This document shows positions 15,731-33,230 of a stretch of 64,000 nt of DNA, one piece after another. The first letter of the stretch is position 1, and the number at the start of each line of letters is the position of its first letter. The stretch lies in assembly GCF_009914755.1 (NCBI RefSeq), contig NC_060926.1. One strand, given 5' to 3'. A model generated the notes under the pieces. The model worked only from the letters and a program-made list of their open reading frames with translations, was not told the origin of the DNA and searched no databases. Position numbers and translations under genes: made by a program. Source of the DNA: the human T2T-CHM13v2.0 reference genome, Homo sapiens.

Positions 15731-16635
15731 CAAATTTACAAGAAGAAAACAAACAACCCCATCAAAAAGTGGGCAAAGGATATGAACAGACACTTCTCAA
15801 AACAAGACATTTATGCAGCCAAAAGACACATGAAAAAATGCTCATCATCACTGGCCATCAGAGAAATGCAAATCAAAACCACAATGAGATACCATCTCAC
15901 ACCAGTTAGAATGGCAATCATTAAAAAGTCAGGAAACAACAGGTGCTGGAGAGGATGTGGAGAAATAGGAACACTTTTACACTGTTGGTGGGACTGTAAA
16001 CTAGTTCAACCATTGTGGAAGTCAGTGTGGCGATTCCTCAGGGATCTAGAACTGGAAATACCATTTGACCCAGCCATCCCATTACTGGGTATATACCCAA
16101 AGGACTAGAAATCATGCTGCTATAAAGACACATGCACACGTATGTTTATTGCGGCACTATTCACAATAGCAAAGACTTGGAACCAACCCAAATGTCCAAC
16201 AACGATAGACTGGATTAAGAAAATGTGGCACATATACACCATGGAATACTATGCAGCCATAAAAAATGATGAGGTCATGTCCTTTGTAGGCACATGGATG
16301 AAATTGGAAATCATCATTCTCAGTAAACTATCTCAAGGACAAAAAACCAAACACCGCATGTTCTCACTCATAGATGGGAACGGAACAATGAGAACACATG
16401 GACACAGGAAGGGGAACATCACACTCTGGGGACTGTTGTGGTGTGGGGGAGGGGGGAGGGATAGCATTAGGAGATATACCTAATGCTAAATGACGAGTTA
16501 ATGGGTGCAGCACACCAGCATGGCACATGTATACATATGTAACTAACCTGCACATTGTGCACATGTACCTTAAAACTTAAAGCATAATAATAATTAAAAT
16601 AAATAAATAAATACAAAATAAATAAAAAATAAAAA
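15731..16635 (+). mobile_element. LINE-1 3' end, L1PA3-type, with A-rich tail
   Basis: Near-consensus [14 protein letters not shown]...[18 protein letters not shown]. 3'UTR diagnostics CAAGGACAAAAAACC, CACACTCTGGGGACTG, GCATTAGGAG and GCTAAATGACGAG. Tail at ~16585-16635. Confidence 0.88.
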
Positions 16636-18870
16636 GGACAGATGTTCAGGACAAACCAGAAAGTCTTGGCATGTCATGAATGGTCAGTGTAAGTCTCAAT
16701 AAGATGATTTTATATATATATGTATATATATATGACATATATATGACAAAAACTTTTATATAATCAATTTGTCATATTATTAAGTTGTGGTTTGCTTAGG
16801 AAAAAAACTGATAATTTTTTAAATTAAGCTGATTACATCCATGTACCTCCCTGTATGTGCTTTTAAAGTCCTTGTAACATTTAGTTAGAGGGCTTTAACT
16901 CCTGGGTCTAAAATGAATACAAAGCCCTGCTAAATCTTAAACACTTACAGCAATTAAATCATCATATTCAGGCCCCATAGAGATGCCAGACAAATAAACT
17001 GCATTCCTGAGACACAGGGCAAGAAATTAAAGCTATTCAGCTCTTCAAGGCCCTAGGAATCTTGTGGAAGAGGTGAATGCAAAAGATTGTAAGGCCCAAT
17101 TTTGAAAGATAAAATAAATTCGGTTTCCCTATAAATTAATCATTAGTGTCAAAGGCACACTGATGCAAAACCAGTATATAAACCCCTGTGTCAGATTAAC
17201 AAAGCTTTCTTGCATCATTAACCAATTCCTTAATAAAGGCTATAAAGGTTATAAAAGGCTTATGGAAGTTATACTTTATAATCAAGATGAAATTGTATAG
17301 ATTGTTTACAAAATTCTGAAAAACAAATGTAACTGGGTTCATGCTGTTTTTATTAGGGCTTCTTGTTTAGATAATTAATTAAGTCTCCTCTCTCAAAGAA
17401 CAAAGATTTTTGCTTTTTATTCAAATCCTTGAATTATCACTCTGGTTAAATAAATGACTTTACAATGAACTGTAATCCTATTTTGTAACATCAAATGTTT
17501 TAAACCTTTTATAGTTGACAAAATTTCCAAAATCAAATAACTATGTCTTTTCTAACCTAATTAATCCTTTAAGACAGTAGCTTCCCCAATGTCCAAAAAT
17601 AACATAATTTGGCTAATTTGGTATAAAAATTACACAGGAAGTACTGTCAAATATGGAATTGTGTTTGGTTTTCTTTGGACCGTATTTGTAGAAATATATT
17701 ATTGGTATGTGTTCCAAAATTCTGGGAAACTCACGTAATTCTGATATAACTTAGTGTACACTATCAGTAATAATGATAATTGTTATGTTAAAATTATTGC
17801 GTGCCACAGAGTTAACAAATTTCCTTGACAATTGTGTCTTTTGACTATGGGTGCCTTATTTTACCAAGGCTTTGACTGGAATGGTGTGCTTTCCTTTAAG
17901 GAATCAAACTTGGCTTATGAAGCCAATAAAGCTCTTGATAAAACTGGCCTCATATTTTGTGTACACATTCCTACACAAGTTTTCTGACCTGTGGTAAGTA
18001 AAAAATGCCACTTTCTGACAGGTGCAGAAGTCCCAGGTTTATCTCGGAACCTCAAGGGGAGAAGAAATTCACCCAACTCATAGGTATTTCATGGCACAAA
18101 TCCATGGCCTGGATTTGCTTTAAAAAAGTCTTATCTGAGATTCCTCCTATGGAACAAAGTTCCATAAAATCTCATTTTAAAGCCTATGTAAAAAAATAAT
18201 TATACTTGTTGCACTGTACACAAATAATTAGGCCAAGTATAATAAGCAAACCAATTCTATCATAATTTGTCTTTAGTAAAATGGTAAACTGGAGAGAGTA
18301 AAAAAAAATATTGTTTCAAAATGATAGTAAACCTGTTGTTATATTCTAATCTTGCCTAATGTTTTTTTTTCTTCAATTTTTATTTTCTACAGTTTGGACT
18401 GAATTCTAATTTTTCTTGGCTACAAGTTTTCAAAATAATGTTCTCATTTTTTTTCCTTCTTTTTTCCCCCACTTTTTCCTAATTTGGAATCACTGAAAAC
18501 TAAGATGTGCTTTCCTAAACCTTATGAACTGAAGCCAGACAACTTAAACTTCAGAATAAAATAACAGCAACATATTTACATATTTAAGCCACTTTCATCA
18601 CTGCCAACTAATGTGTAGGCTTCAGAGTAATGTGGCCTGTATTGATTTTTCTAGGATTGTTCTTTTGGTTTTGTTTTTTTTTTCTTTCTCTCTTCCTCCC
18701 CACTATTTTCTCTTCACAGGACGTGAGTCTTCACAACCTGCTAAAAATGAACTTTCAGGACCTACCCATCTAGGAATAAGCCATCCTAGCCATGAGCGAT
18801 CAGAGACCAGAGACTCATTTTTTTGTAAAATGCTTTCTCCAAAAGACTTTTAAAAAGAAAAGGGGGGAAA
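16636..18870 (+). mobile_element. MER4-group internal region, 3' part, ending in a polypurine tract (18852-18870)
   Basis: AAAAAGAAAAGGGGGGAAA directly precedes the 3' LTR TG. Confidence 0.82.
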
Positions 18871-19317
18871 TGTGAAAAGAAAATATTTTGGGCCCTCAAA
18901 ATCCCTAAGGAAAACTCAAGCTAGAAACTGCTTAAGGCAATCCTGACTCCTATTCTATTCAAAGTTAACCCTCTCCTCACTGAGATGGATGCATATCTGA
19001 TTGCCTCCATTGGAAAGGCTAATCAGAAACTCAAAAGAATGTCTCACCTATCTGCCACCTGGAAGCTCCCTCCTGTTTCCAGTTTTCCTGACTTTACTTC
19101 AAGTTTTCCCACCTTTCCAGACTGCACCAATGTACTTCTTACATATTAATTGATGTCTCATGTTTCCCTTAAAATGTATAAAACCAAGCTGTGCCCTGAC
19201 CACCTTGCGCACATGTTGTCAGGACATCCTGAGGTTGTGTCACAGGTTCATCCTCAACCTTGGCAAAATAAACTTTCTAAATTAACTGAGACCTGTCTCA
19301 GATTTTCTGGATTCTCA
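18871..19317 (+). mobile_element. MER4A/MER4A1-type 3' LTR
   Basis: Direct copy of 8054-8517. Flanks ATGT and GTGT fit a 4-bp TSD with one mismatch. Confidence 0.88.
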
Positions 19318-21067
19318 GTGTCAAGTTGTGTCACACTTGGATATTCAGTGAAAGCTTCTTAAAAATGTTGACTGAGTTGAGTCTTCAAAAATTTTCCAAC
19401 TTACTTACTGAAAGAAGGAAAGAAAGACTATCCCAGACAATATTATTATGCTTTTCCTTTACACTTGCAAATACTTCTCTTAACCTTATTGTCTTGATAT
19501 CTTAACCATGACCTTGGACAACAAACTATAGCAGTCTTGACAACTGATAGCTTATACAAGTGTTTATAACATCAGCATCTCCTAAAATAAAAAGTCTGAG
19601 ATTTTACAAATAAGTAAATTCCTTTCTGTTTCAAAGCTCTTTAATAGTCACCAAATAATATATCTCTTCTTAGAACTTGTAGCAAGGAGTTAGCAGCAGA
19701 GTTGATTACTCTTTTTGTTGATAGACTTTATCATGGTCATAATTAACAAATAAAACTAGAATAGAATCTGAGGGTCACCTTCTCACTCTAATTGAATTTT
19801 ATCTTGACAAATATCTAATTAGTGCTTCAAATTATGACTCAGTCTTTATTCTTGTAGGAACTCATGGTTCAAAATTGGGCTCAGTCAAGTAAACAAGTCA
19901 GGGTGACACTTGTGATTAGCTTCAATAAGTAAAAGAAGTATTCACAAAAAAGATGTATAAAGGTATAGAGAAAAAATTACTATTTTGTAGGTAAAGTGTC
20001 AAAAAATCTTGTTTAAACTGTTCTTTTATTCTCTCAAATCTGTGTTCAATCACATTTAGAAACTTGCAAACCCAAAAGAAAAGGAAGAAAGTATATTCAA
20101 GACAGCAGTAATATCTACAAAATCTCAGAGACATGAAAGAAGCATCGCTCATATTCTTTAGCATCAAGTGCAATAAGATGTGAAGTAAGATAATGATTAC
20201 CTTAATTCACATTTAACATGTTCAGTAATTTGATAATTCGGTCCCATCATCATCAGTTACTAAAAATGTGAATGTGCACAGGTTACTTAGTCCCACTGAA
20301 TCCCAAATACATATTAATAAGCAGGGGAAAATAGAATGGAATTTCTCAGGAAATGTAAGACAATAATCCATGTTAGGCTTCATGCAGGCCTGATACATAG
20401 TAAGTGATTACTAAATATAAGTAAGTTACTATTATAATCATCATCATCAACACTATCAGCTATATTCAAACCTCATTATCCATATGTAATCTACTCAACG
20501 TACATGCACATTCCTATGTAGCTAGCATTCTCATTTTCATCTCTGGCATTAGACTCCTACTCTGACTAAGAGGATTCCTTGCTCGCCTGCATTCTGTCTG
20601 CATTCTTTACCATTATGATACAGTAATAAAAGCAGCTACCTTTACAATTTATAGGGAACAAACAAAACATTCTTCATGATAGGGTCTTTCTGTATGTATA
20701 AGCATTAGCAAGGTTTACTATGAGCCCCTAAGATGATAAAATATCTATTTCCAAGGGTTGTTATGGCCACAGTCAGGAATTCTTTGTTAAGTCATCTCCA
20801 TTGAAAGCTCAGTCCTCTGGTAATTTTTATATTTGTCCTTAACTCTCACCCTCTTCCCTCATCCATGTCAATATTTTCATTTCTCTTCTAGGAATAACAT
20901 TTTTTTTCTACTTACTAATGCAGAATAATGTACCTTTCTCATGGTCATATTTCTAATTAAAGCTCTAGGCCACTTTGCAGATCCAAACACCTAAAAGACT
21001 CAATTGAATAAAACAAGAGCAATTCTATTTTTCTTTAGTTGCTAACATTACTTTCATGAAAGAAGAC

Positions 21068-21411
21068 TGACTTAGTTAGCTAGGACTGCTATAACAAATT
21101 ACCAGAGACTGGATGGATTAAGCAACAGATACTTATTTCTCACAGTTGTAGATGATAAAAAGTCCAAAATCAAAATGCCAGGAGACTTGGCTCTTTGTGA
21201 GAGACTCTTTCTGGTTTGTAGAAGACCGCCTCCTTGTTATATCTTCACATGGCATAGAAAGAGAGCTCTGCTCTCTTATTTGTCATATAAAGTTTCCACC
21301 TTCATGACCTGTTTAAACCTAATTACATACCAAAAGCCTTTTCTAATAACATTACATGGTGGGGTATGGTTCAATATATGAATTTCGGGGGCACGCATTT
21401 ACTTTATGCCA
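21068..21411 (-). mobile_element. MLT1A-type solo LTR
   Basis: GACTGCTATAACAAATTACCAGAGACTGG...TTATTTCTCACAGTT...ATATGAATTTCGGGGG. Confidence 0.75.
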
Positions 21412-22104
21412 AAGTGTTATCCTTTTTAAAGGGCAATTATATATTCTGAATAGCACCTATTAGCAATATCCAAGATGTTTCAAAAAATGAAGATAACTTG
21501 CCATTAAGCTGTCCTGGTTATAGGATGTACCTTAAAGCGAGCCCAGGCTCTAGGCGCTCCAGAGCCCTGGCTTTGCCTAATCTTTAGATTTCCCTAAGAG
21601 CTGAACACAGCATTAAATATGTTTTTAAAAAAGAGATTAAGAATATGCTAAATTATGACGCTGTAAATTGCCGTAGACATTTTTTCAGCTACTCTATAAT
21701 AATAATAATATATTTGTATATCACTTGTATAATATCTAAAACAAATGAATACTGATGTGTTTTAATAAACACCACTGATATGATAGATAGTTAACTTGTA
21801 CTCTGATTAGGAAAATTCCTTTTCCTTATGCTCAGGATATAATTTCATACATTTTCCATAAGAATGATTTAAGCAAATCTATTAACATCTATTAGTAAAT
21901 GATAGTCTTAATTTGTAGATTATAGTCCCCAAAATAGTTCACATGTAAAATTATTTCTAGATATAAAACGTTTAACCTAGTAAAACAAGCTCTATAATAA
22001 ACTCAAAGCACAACCACCTCTTCCAGAGAACCAACTTAATATTTTCACTGATCAAGGAACATTAATTAAAAACCTGCTAAGGTCTGGAAACAATTATAGG
22101 CATT

Positions 22105-22330
22105 GTAACTTAGTGATTAAGAATAAAGACACTAGAGGCAGACTGCCTGAGTTTGAATTATGTATCCTAAATGTACCAGATTGTGAGATCTTGAGGAATT
22201 TACCTAACTTATCTGTCCAGTTTCTCAACCGTAAAATAGTGATGATGGTGATAATATGTATTTATATTGTTGTTATGAGAGCTGAATTAGTTAATGTAAA
22301 TTTGTGTTTATAAATGCATTTTTTATTATT
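22105..22330 (+). mobile_element. MIR
   Basis: GTGATTAAGA...AGACTGCCTGAGTTTGAAT...CAGTTTCTCAACCGTAAAATAGTGAT core. Confidence 0.65.
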
Positions 22331-23099
22331 ATGGTTCAGTAGTGAAGAAAAATAAAGACATCTATTTTCAGGGAGCTTACACTCTACAGAAGAGAAAGAG
22401 TAATGAAGTAAACAAATAGAACATTTGCAATAGTAATAACTGCTGTGCTAAGAATTACACAGCCATGTAGTAGGGAGGGAATGGTCATATATTTTTGACT
22501 CTTACTAGAGGAGGCTTCTCTGGGCAGGGGACAATTAAGCTAAAATTTTAATGACAATAATGCCAGTGTAAGGAGTTTAAATACTATTCTGTATAAATGG
22601 GAAGACTTGGCAGGGTTTAAGGTTGAAGGAAGAGAAAGAAATATGAGGCTATGAACTGATGTCATATATAAAAATTACCTGAGTTTTTATGTGGAAATTA
22701 TAGGGAGGCAATTATAGAAGCATGGATGGATTAGACAAAGGTGGTAACATCAGATATCAGCCAAATAGTTAATTTTAAGATATATTTTGCAGTTTCATTG
22801 GATATACTTTTTAGAAGATTCCAACAGCCTTTTTTTAATTGGACATCTTTTTTTAAGCACAAAATATGAAACAAATAAATAAAAGTTAAAACAGAAACAT
22901 TCATGAGGCCTAAATGAATCAGGTATTTTCAAATATTTTATTCTACTCATTTAAATATGTTAACATTATCATAAACAGGTCACTTTTCCATGTAATGAAA
23001 ATCTTAAAGGGAAAAAGAACATTCCATACAACTATGTGTAGAAGAAAAAGCGACAATAATTGCTAAGATAACTCTTAAAAAGAATAATGAGATCACATG

Positions 23100-24030
23100 T
23101 GTCTTTTACCCAGTTTCTCCCAGTGGTTACATTTTACATAATGATGGTCACCAGGAATTTGATCTCAGAACCATGCGTGTGTATGTAATTATATGTTTTT
23201 TAATCACATGTCTAATTCTATGATATCAGCATTGCAATCAAAATACAGGGATATTTCATCACCACAAAGAACTCCTTCATGCTAGATATATTTCTTTACA
23301 TTTTCCTGTTAGCACTGCTTTAGCTGAGTCCCACAACTTTTGATATGTTATATTTTTAATTTCATTACGTTCAATGTATTTTTAAAAACCTTTTCTTTTG
23401 TCTTAATCCAGGATGCTGTAACAACACCATAAACTTTCAAACAACTCTATTTCCTACGGTTCTGGAGGCTGGAAGTCCACAATCAAAGTGTCATGTTGTC
23501 AGGTTGTGGTGAGGGCCCTCTTTTGGGTGTAGATTGCTAACTTTTCTGTATGTGTTCACATGGCAGAAAGAAATTGAGCTAGCTCTTGGATCCTTTCTTA
23601 TAAGGGCACCAATCCCAATACAGAGGCTTCACTCTCATGACATAATTGTCTCCCAAAGACTCTACCTCCAAATATTATCAATCAATCACATTAGGGGATA
23701 GATTTTAACACATGATTTTGGGGGGAACACATTCAGTCCATAACATTTCTTGAGTGAGTCTTCTTCTAGGACCCATAGGTTATTTTAAAAGTGGCTTGTT
23801 CAGTTCCAAGTGTTTGAAGATTTTTTTTTTCTGTTATCTTTAACTTACTGATTTCTAGATAGACCCCATTGTGCTCAGAGAACACTCCTTATGTGATTTC
23901 AATTATTTTAAATTTGTTGAGATTTTATGACTTAGTATGTCATCTGTCTTGGTGTGTATTCTGTGGGGGGGATGGGGGGTGCTTGAAAAACGGGTATTCT
24001 GCTATTATAGAATGTCAAAATATCAACTGT
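23100..24030 (-). mobile_element. Old L1M fragments interrupted by an MLT1A LTR
   Basis: GCACTGCTTTAGCTGAGTCCCACAACTTTTGATATG and GTGCTCAGAGAACACTC resemble antisense ORF2. Confidence 0.6.
23399..23745 (-). mobile_element. MLT1A-type solo LTR
   Basis: TGTCTTAATCC...TTCTGGAGGCTGGAAGTCCA...ACATTCAGTCCATAACA. Confidence 0.8.
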
Positions 24031-26977
24031 AATAAACAAGAAAAATAATCCTAGTCTTTTATTTAAGGGCCCTCTTTAGTCCATCTCAACAGACCCTTCT
24101 CCGAAGGGGAAAGAAATGCAGCTCACAAGAGCCCATTAAACAACTAAAACAAGACAAAATAAAACAACTACCCCCTGCCAATTTGCACACTGTTACTTCT
24201 TTTGTTTTCCCAATCTTATTTCTTCTTCTTTTTTATAATAAAAAATTTCAAAGCAATTATCTGCTTTCTTACTTCCCCTTGACTTTGCCTATGTTTAGTT
24301 TTACTTTCTATGATTGGCCATCAACAATTAGGCACAAACCATTCTGAACTTCCTCTTCACACTTACTCAAGTGGTAAAGCTGCTGTTTACAAAGTTGCAA
24401 ACTAGAAAGTGCTAAATTGATGTTGTACATTTGCAAGCATTCACGTTGAAAAAAAGATGCAAAAGAAGACAGGTGAGACATCTTGGGAAGTGATGTGAGA
24501 GCAATTATTCTTTTTAAAATGTTTTGTCTGTATATAGTGTGTACACCATCACTCACAGCTTGTCTTCTCTGAATGTGAGTTCTGACATCCTGTGGGTTGC
24601 TGTGCCACTTAATTACAGTGAATAATGAAGAGATTTTAAAGCCATACTGTCACAGTTAATAGGCTGAATAATTAAAGTAATAGGAGAGTTGGTTTTCCTT
24701 ATGCACAATCCGTTTGGTCTTCTAACACCATTGTTTAGATTTTGCTACAAAATGATTTACTTCATCAGAATTTACTGCTGCATTATTTTAGAAGCCTGAC
24801 TTTACCATTGTGTTAAGCACAAGGACTATATGAAGAATTAACCTTTATGAATTCCCTGGAAATAACATATTAAGGCATATAGTTATAGCTTTATGCTTCC
24901 CTTGACCCTCCTCTCCTTACCCTCTTCATTGGGATTGGAGTGAGCAATTTATTAGTCTGAAGCAATATGCAGTTGATAATGCATTCATTGAACAATTATG
25001 ATTTATCAGATATATTTTTGAAAGGGCCGTACTTAGTTTCATATGGGTGAATAGGCCTAGGCTAGAGATGAAACATAAGCAGAAATTATTTTCCTTGTCA
25101 TGCGTTAAAAAAGAGAAGAGAACAGAAGCATAGAAATCCAAAAGTAGCTGGCACTGAGAGATGGGTGAGGGCAAGCGTTGTTAAGACTAAGAAAGGCTCA
25201 TTGGTGCTAAGCCAAAAGGGTAGTTTGGGGTCATATTAGGAAGAGTTCTTAATGTCAAATAAGAATATGCAATTTATCTTGAGGAGAACTTCAGGACTAG
25301 AGAAGGTTTGAGCAGAAATGTGGCCTCATACAAGTAATATTAGAAAGATTAAAAAAGGTTAAAGAAGATTAAATTCTAAAGTATGTACTTGATACATGAG
25401 GATGTATAATAGTTAATTTCAGATCTTTCAGTGACAAATTATTCATACTTAACCTGACATGTTTAATATTGTTGAGGCAGTAGATTTATATAGTGGAAAC
25501 TTTCCTAGAATAAAATCAAATGACTGGAAGTGATGTCACCATACTCATCTTAGTTTCCTCATTCTAAAAATTCTGCCTGCCTTGTCTTCCTCATAGGGTG
25601 GCAGTCAGGATCAAAATGGGATTTTGACTGATGATCCCATAAAACAAAACCAATATCACCTGCTGAGCACACAAACCAAAGTTTCTGCTTAACACAGTGA
25701 AGAGCCCACTTGGGAAAGACCTTTGTTGGGAAAGAAAAGTCAAGGATAGGACATTTGTTTTGAAAGTAAGGTTTTAATAGGAGGGCCTGATTATAATTAA
25801 GTAAAGTTTGTGATATAATAATTTAGGATGAATGCATACAATGAGGCATGATTTGAAAATGAATATTTTATAATAAATAGTCATTTTATAAATCCAGTTT
25901 AGTAATCTGTTTTTCTGAAAAGAAGCCTCTGAAACAAATAATAAAGTTACTTCCAACATCATCTTCCCGAGAAAGAATTTCCTAGAATAGTAATGTCATA
26001 CTCATGCAAAAACAGCTGTAAATTAATTTTTGTTTTTGTTTTCTTTTTCTTTCTTTTCTTATAGCCAAGCTTGATTACTAAGCTGTGTGGCTTCAGTTCC
26101 TAGTGAGTACAGTCAGAAAGGGTTGTATTAGAGAAATCCAGGTGATTCCTTTAGGTTTCCTTGAGCCTTTAAGAGACATGGATGTGGTTTCAGACCTCCT
26201 GAGGAAGCACGGGGTGTCACTATGTTACCTCAGACATGTCTTCCCTGTTCATAATTGGTTGAAACAGTAATTGGCCAGGACCAGAGACAGACAGACAGCC
26301 ACGCCACACTTGCAATTTGTGATTTATGGCCTGATGCTTAAAGGAGAGCTAAATAGTTTTATTGCTCTGGAATTTAAAATGAGGAAACTGAAAAGCATGT
26401 TTGGAAGTGAGATCAAATTATTTTCAGGAATATCTTGAAGCAGATTCTGGGTAAAGGGTATCATTGTAAGTCGAACATTTGGCAAGAAAAGTAGTGAGGG
26501 AGCAGAAATTATGAGAAAGCCACCAAGTAGAAGTAAAATAGAAAGATGAGAGCAGATACAGAGAGAATCAGAGATGCCGTGAGATAGAAAACACTGAACT
26601 CATTAAAGAGAAAATATCAGCTCATTAGAGAGAGAAGAGCATGTTTAGTGTGAAGGATGTTTTCCTCCTTGGTTCATCTGTCAAAGAAAGAACGGCATTG
26701 CCCTCTGTTACACAGTATACAAGACTGACTTACTTACCTCTCCTTTCTTTTCCCTCTCTCCTTTTAAAATCCCTTTTGTCATGTAGTATCATATATATGA
26801 ATATACCTCTTCATATTCACAGATTCTAGTGATTGTGTAGAGCATCTTTGGGAAGTCATTTTAGAAATTCTGGGCCCAAGAGGGGGTGTTAAAAGCCATT
26901 TAGTTTTGTTACTTCTTCCTAACCACATTGAAGATGTACCCCACCCCCTGCAAGCCAAATGGAAAGAGATAAAATAA

Positions 26978-27320
<343 letters not shown>

Positions 27321-28049
27321 AAAGTTTTAATACTGTTGTCCCAAATTAGTCTTAATTAAGACAACTAAGAGATATGAGAGAATAAAACTATACTGGATGT
27401 CTACCCTCTGCAGAAAACAAATATAACATATGACATACTACAAAAACTAAATGCTGAAAGCACATGAGAATGGACAAAATAGGCAAATTCGGGTGGAGAA
27501 AGCATCACAACCTCTCTTGGAAAAAGTGAGACAAGGAGCTATACCTGTAAAATCTCATCTCCACCGCTTATAATCTTGGGCTAATGGCAGTGCATGTAGC
27601 TTGCACAATAATGGCTGTATTGCAGATGGAAAAATCTGTAATCTTTCTGATCAAAGGAGGCAGAAGTGGGAAGGCAGGAAGCTCTGAACACTACAGAGAG
27701 TGAAAGAATAGCAGAATAGAAAGAACCAGAGAAGGGATTCCCGAAACTGGTTTGCTGATATTTCTGACTGATTCCTGAGCCACATATATACGGAAAAAAC
27801 TCAAAGCAGTTGATCGAAACATATGACCTCATGAAAGGAATTCTGCTTATGAAGCAGAGTTTCCAGTGCACGTACTCCCAAATCATCATCATCATTATCG
27901 TCATCATTATCACCATCTGATAAAATTAAGGAAACAGTAAATCATGAGAAAAAAAATGAAAGAGGAGATTCAGAAAGTTGTGGAGATGAATCAAAAGTAC
28001 AAAATACAGAAACCCTGGGAATCAAGATTTTAAAAATGCTATAATCAGT

Positions 28050-31528
<3,479 letters not shown>

Positions 31529-32185
31529 CAGGAATGAATGAAAAAGTGACTTTTAGTACTCCTCAAATTATCATTACCTCCCTAAATTCTTTTATCCACA
31601 TTTTTAGTCCAAGACATTCTGGTCTTAAATTCTAATACTCAACTCTTTTGAGAACCAAGTCTTTCCAAAAATAATAAACTCTCCATTAATGTATCTGGTA
31701 TGTCACATTTCCCTGATGCAAACTATTCTTTACTTATCCAAACACCCATACGTCCTTAGCATTCCTTGCTCATATTCTTCAACGGATTTAAAAAAATTTC
31801 CCACAGTTTTATGTATTCAAATTATACACATTCTCATGAACTAATTTAAATATGATCTTTTCTGGGAAACCTTTCCACTTTCCCATTATAATACTTTCAT
31901 AAAGCATATATTATGTTTAACTGGGATTACAGATACTTGTCTATGTACACATGAAATCTCTACAACAAGTATCTAAATCTGTGTTATCTCTTCCATGTTT
32001 CCAGTTTTTAAAATAGATTTTACATAAAGAAGGTGTTTAGTAAATATTTTGGAAGTGGATGATTGATTAAAGGAGTGAATGTCAAAGTTAAATTGCTTCT
32101 ATTAGTTTATAAAGGTAGGTCAGTGTCCTAGGAGAATGCCACACAGGTAAGACAAATTTGATATTGCTCTAGATATGATTATCTA

Positions 32186-32232
32186 TAAGATATAAATTGG
32201 CTAATCCTATGGTCCATTTCCTTTTGAAAAAC
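32186..32232 (+). repeat. 47-bp perfect direct repeat, copy 1
   Basis: TAAGATATAAATTGGCTAATCCTATGGTCCATTTCCTTTTGAAAAAC. Confidence 0.95.
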
Positions 32233-33230
32233 AAATTTGTGGTCCCTGAGCATATCGAGAACTGGGAAAAATGAATTCAAAGAGAATACAGGCCAGAGAG
32301 AATAATGTAAGGGGGTCATAGATGGCAGAGAGTAGAGAAACTTAGATTCTGTTCCCAAGGTAGCTGGTGGATTATTAAACTTTCTCTCTGGTCACATTTC
32401 CCTGTTTCCAAATTATTATTTGACAGTCATGATTCTCATTTTTGAATCTCCCCATGATGATATCACATAGTGTTTATGTGTCTACAGATCCTCTACTTAA
32501 AATAGGCATTGGCCCATGATCCTTCCTCTCAGCGTACCTCAACTTTCCACAATTTACTGCAAAGGCAAATAACACTGCTGCAAGCAACAGTGATTTTCCT
32601 CAAGTGATGGCACTTAATTAATCACTCTAGGCCCTAACCCAGCACCTCAATTCTGTTTGTCTGGTCATTTCATCACCGCCGCATTACTTTATACAATTTT
32701 TCATTTCAGAAACTGTGGTGTACTTGTTATAGCACCTATTAGGTTGTTTTCTCAAGCTTTCAACTCAGTTGAGATTCATAATGGATTAACTTGTTATCTC
32801 CAGCTCTAAGATAAATGGCAGTAAGATTGTGATTTGCGTGAAGTATATCTTTTGGGGTGTATATAAAGGACCAAGATGACAGAACAGAAGCACTAGGCCT
32901 CAACTTAATTAGTTCCACGTCAATGTCTAGAATTTTTTACTTCCTAATACTAGCAACAATTATGCTGAAAACAACTGGCAAGGGTAATATTAGATTTATG
33001 AATGAAGGGTGTATTTAATAGAGATGTGTCACCTACTTGCTTACTTATTTTTCTTTAGGGTCTAAGACATATATGTACAAAGATAAATAAAAATTCATGT
33101 CTATGTGTTCAACTCTGTTAACTCTTTAATGTTAATAATTTCTAAAAGTGAGAAAGAGATCTAAAAAATGAATAAACCCACAATTTTCCCAAGAGCCCAG
33201 ATAAACAGCATATGTGGGTATCATTATCCT

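Noticed and set aside
8518-18870. Coding retroviral gag/pol/env in the MER4 provirus
   Set aside because: No retroviral motifs appear in any track ORF. All RT-like sequence belongs to the inserted L1.
25640-26520. Possible ancient LTR fragments
   Set aside because: The texture is LTR-like, but I cannot assign a family or boundaries without a search.
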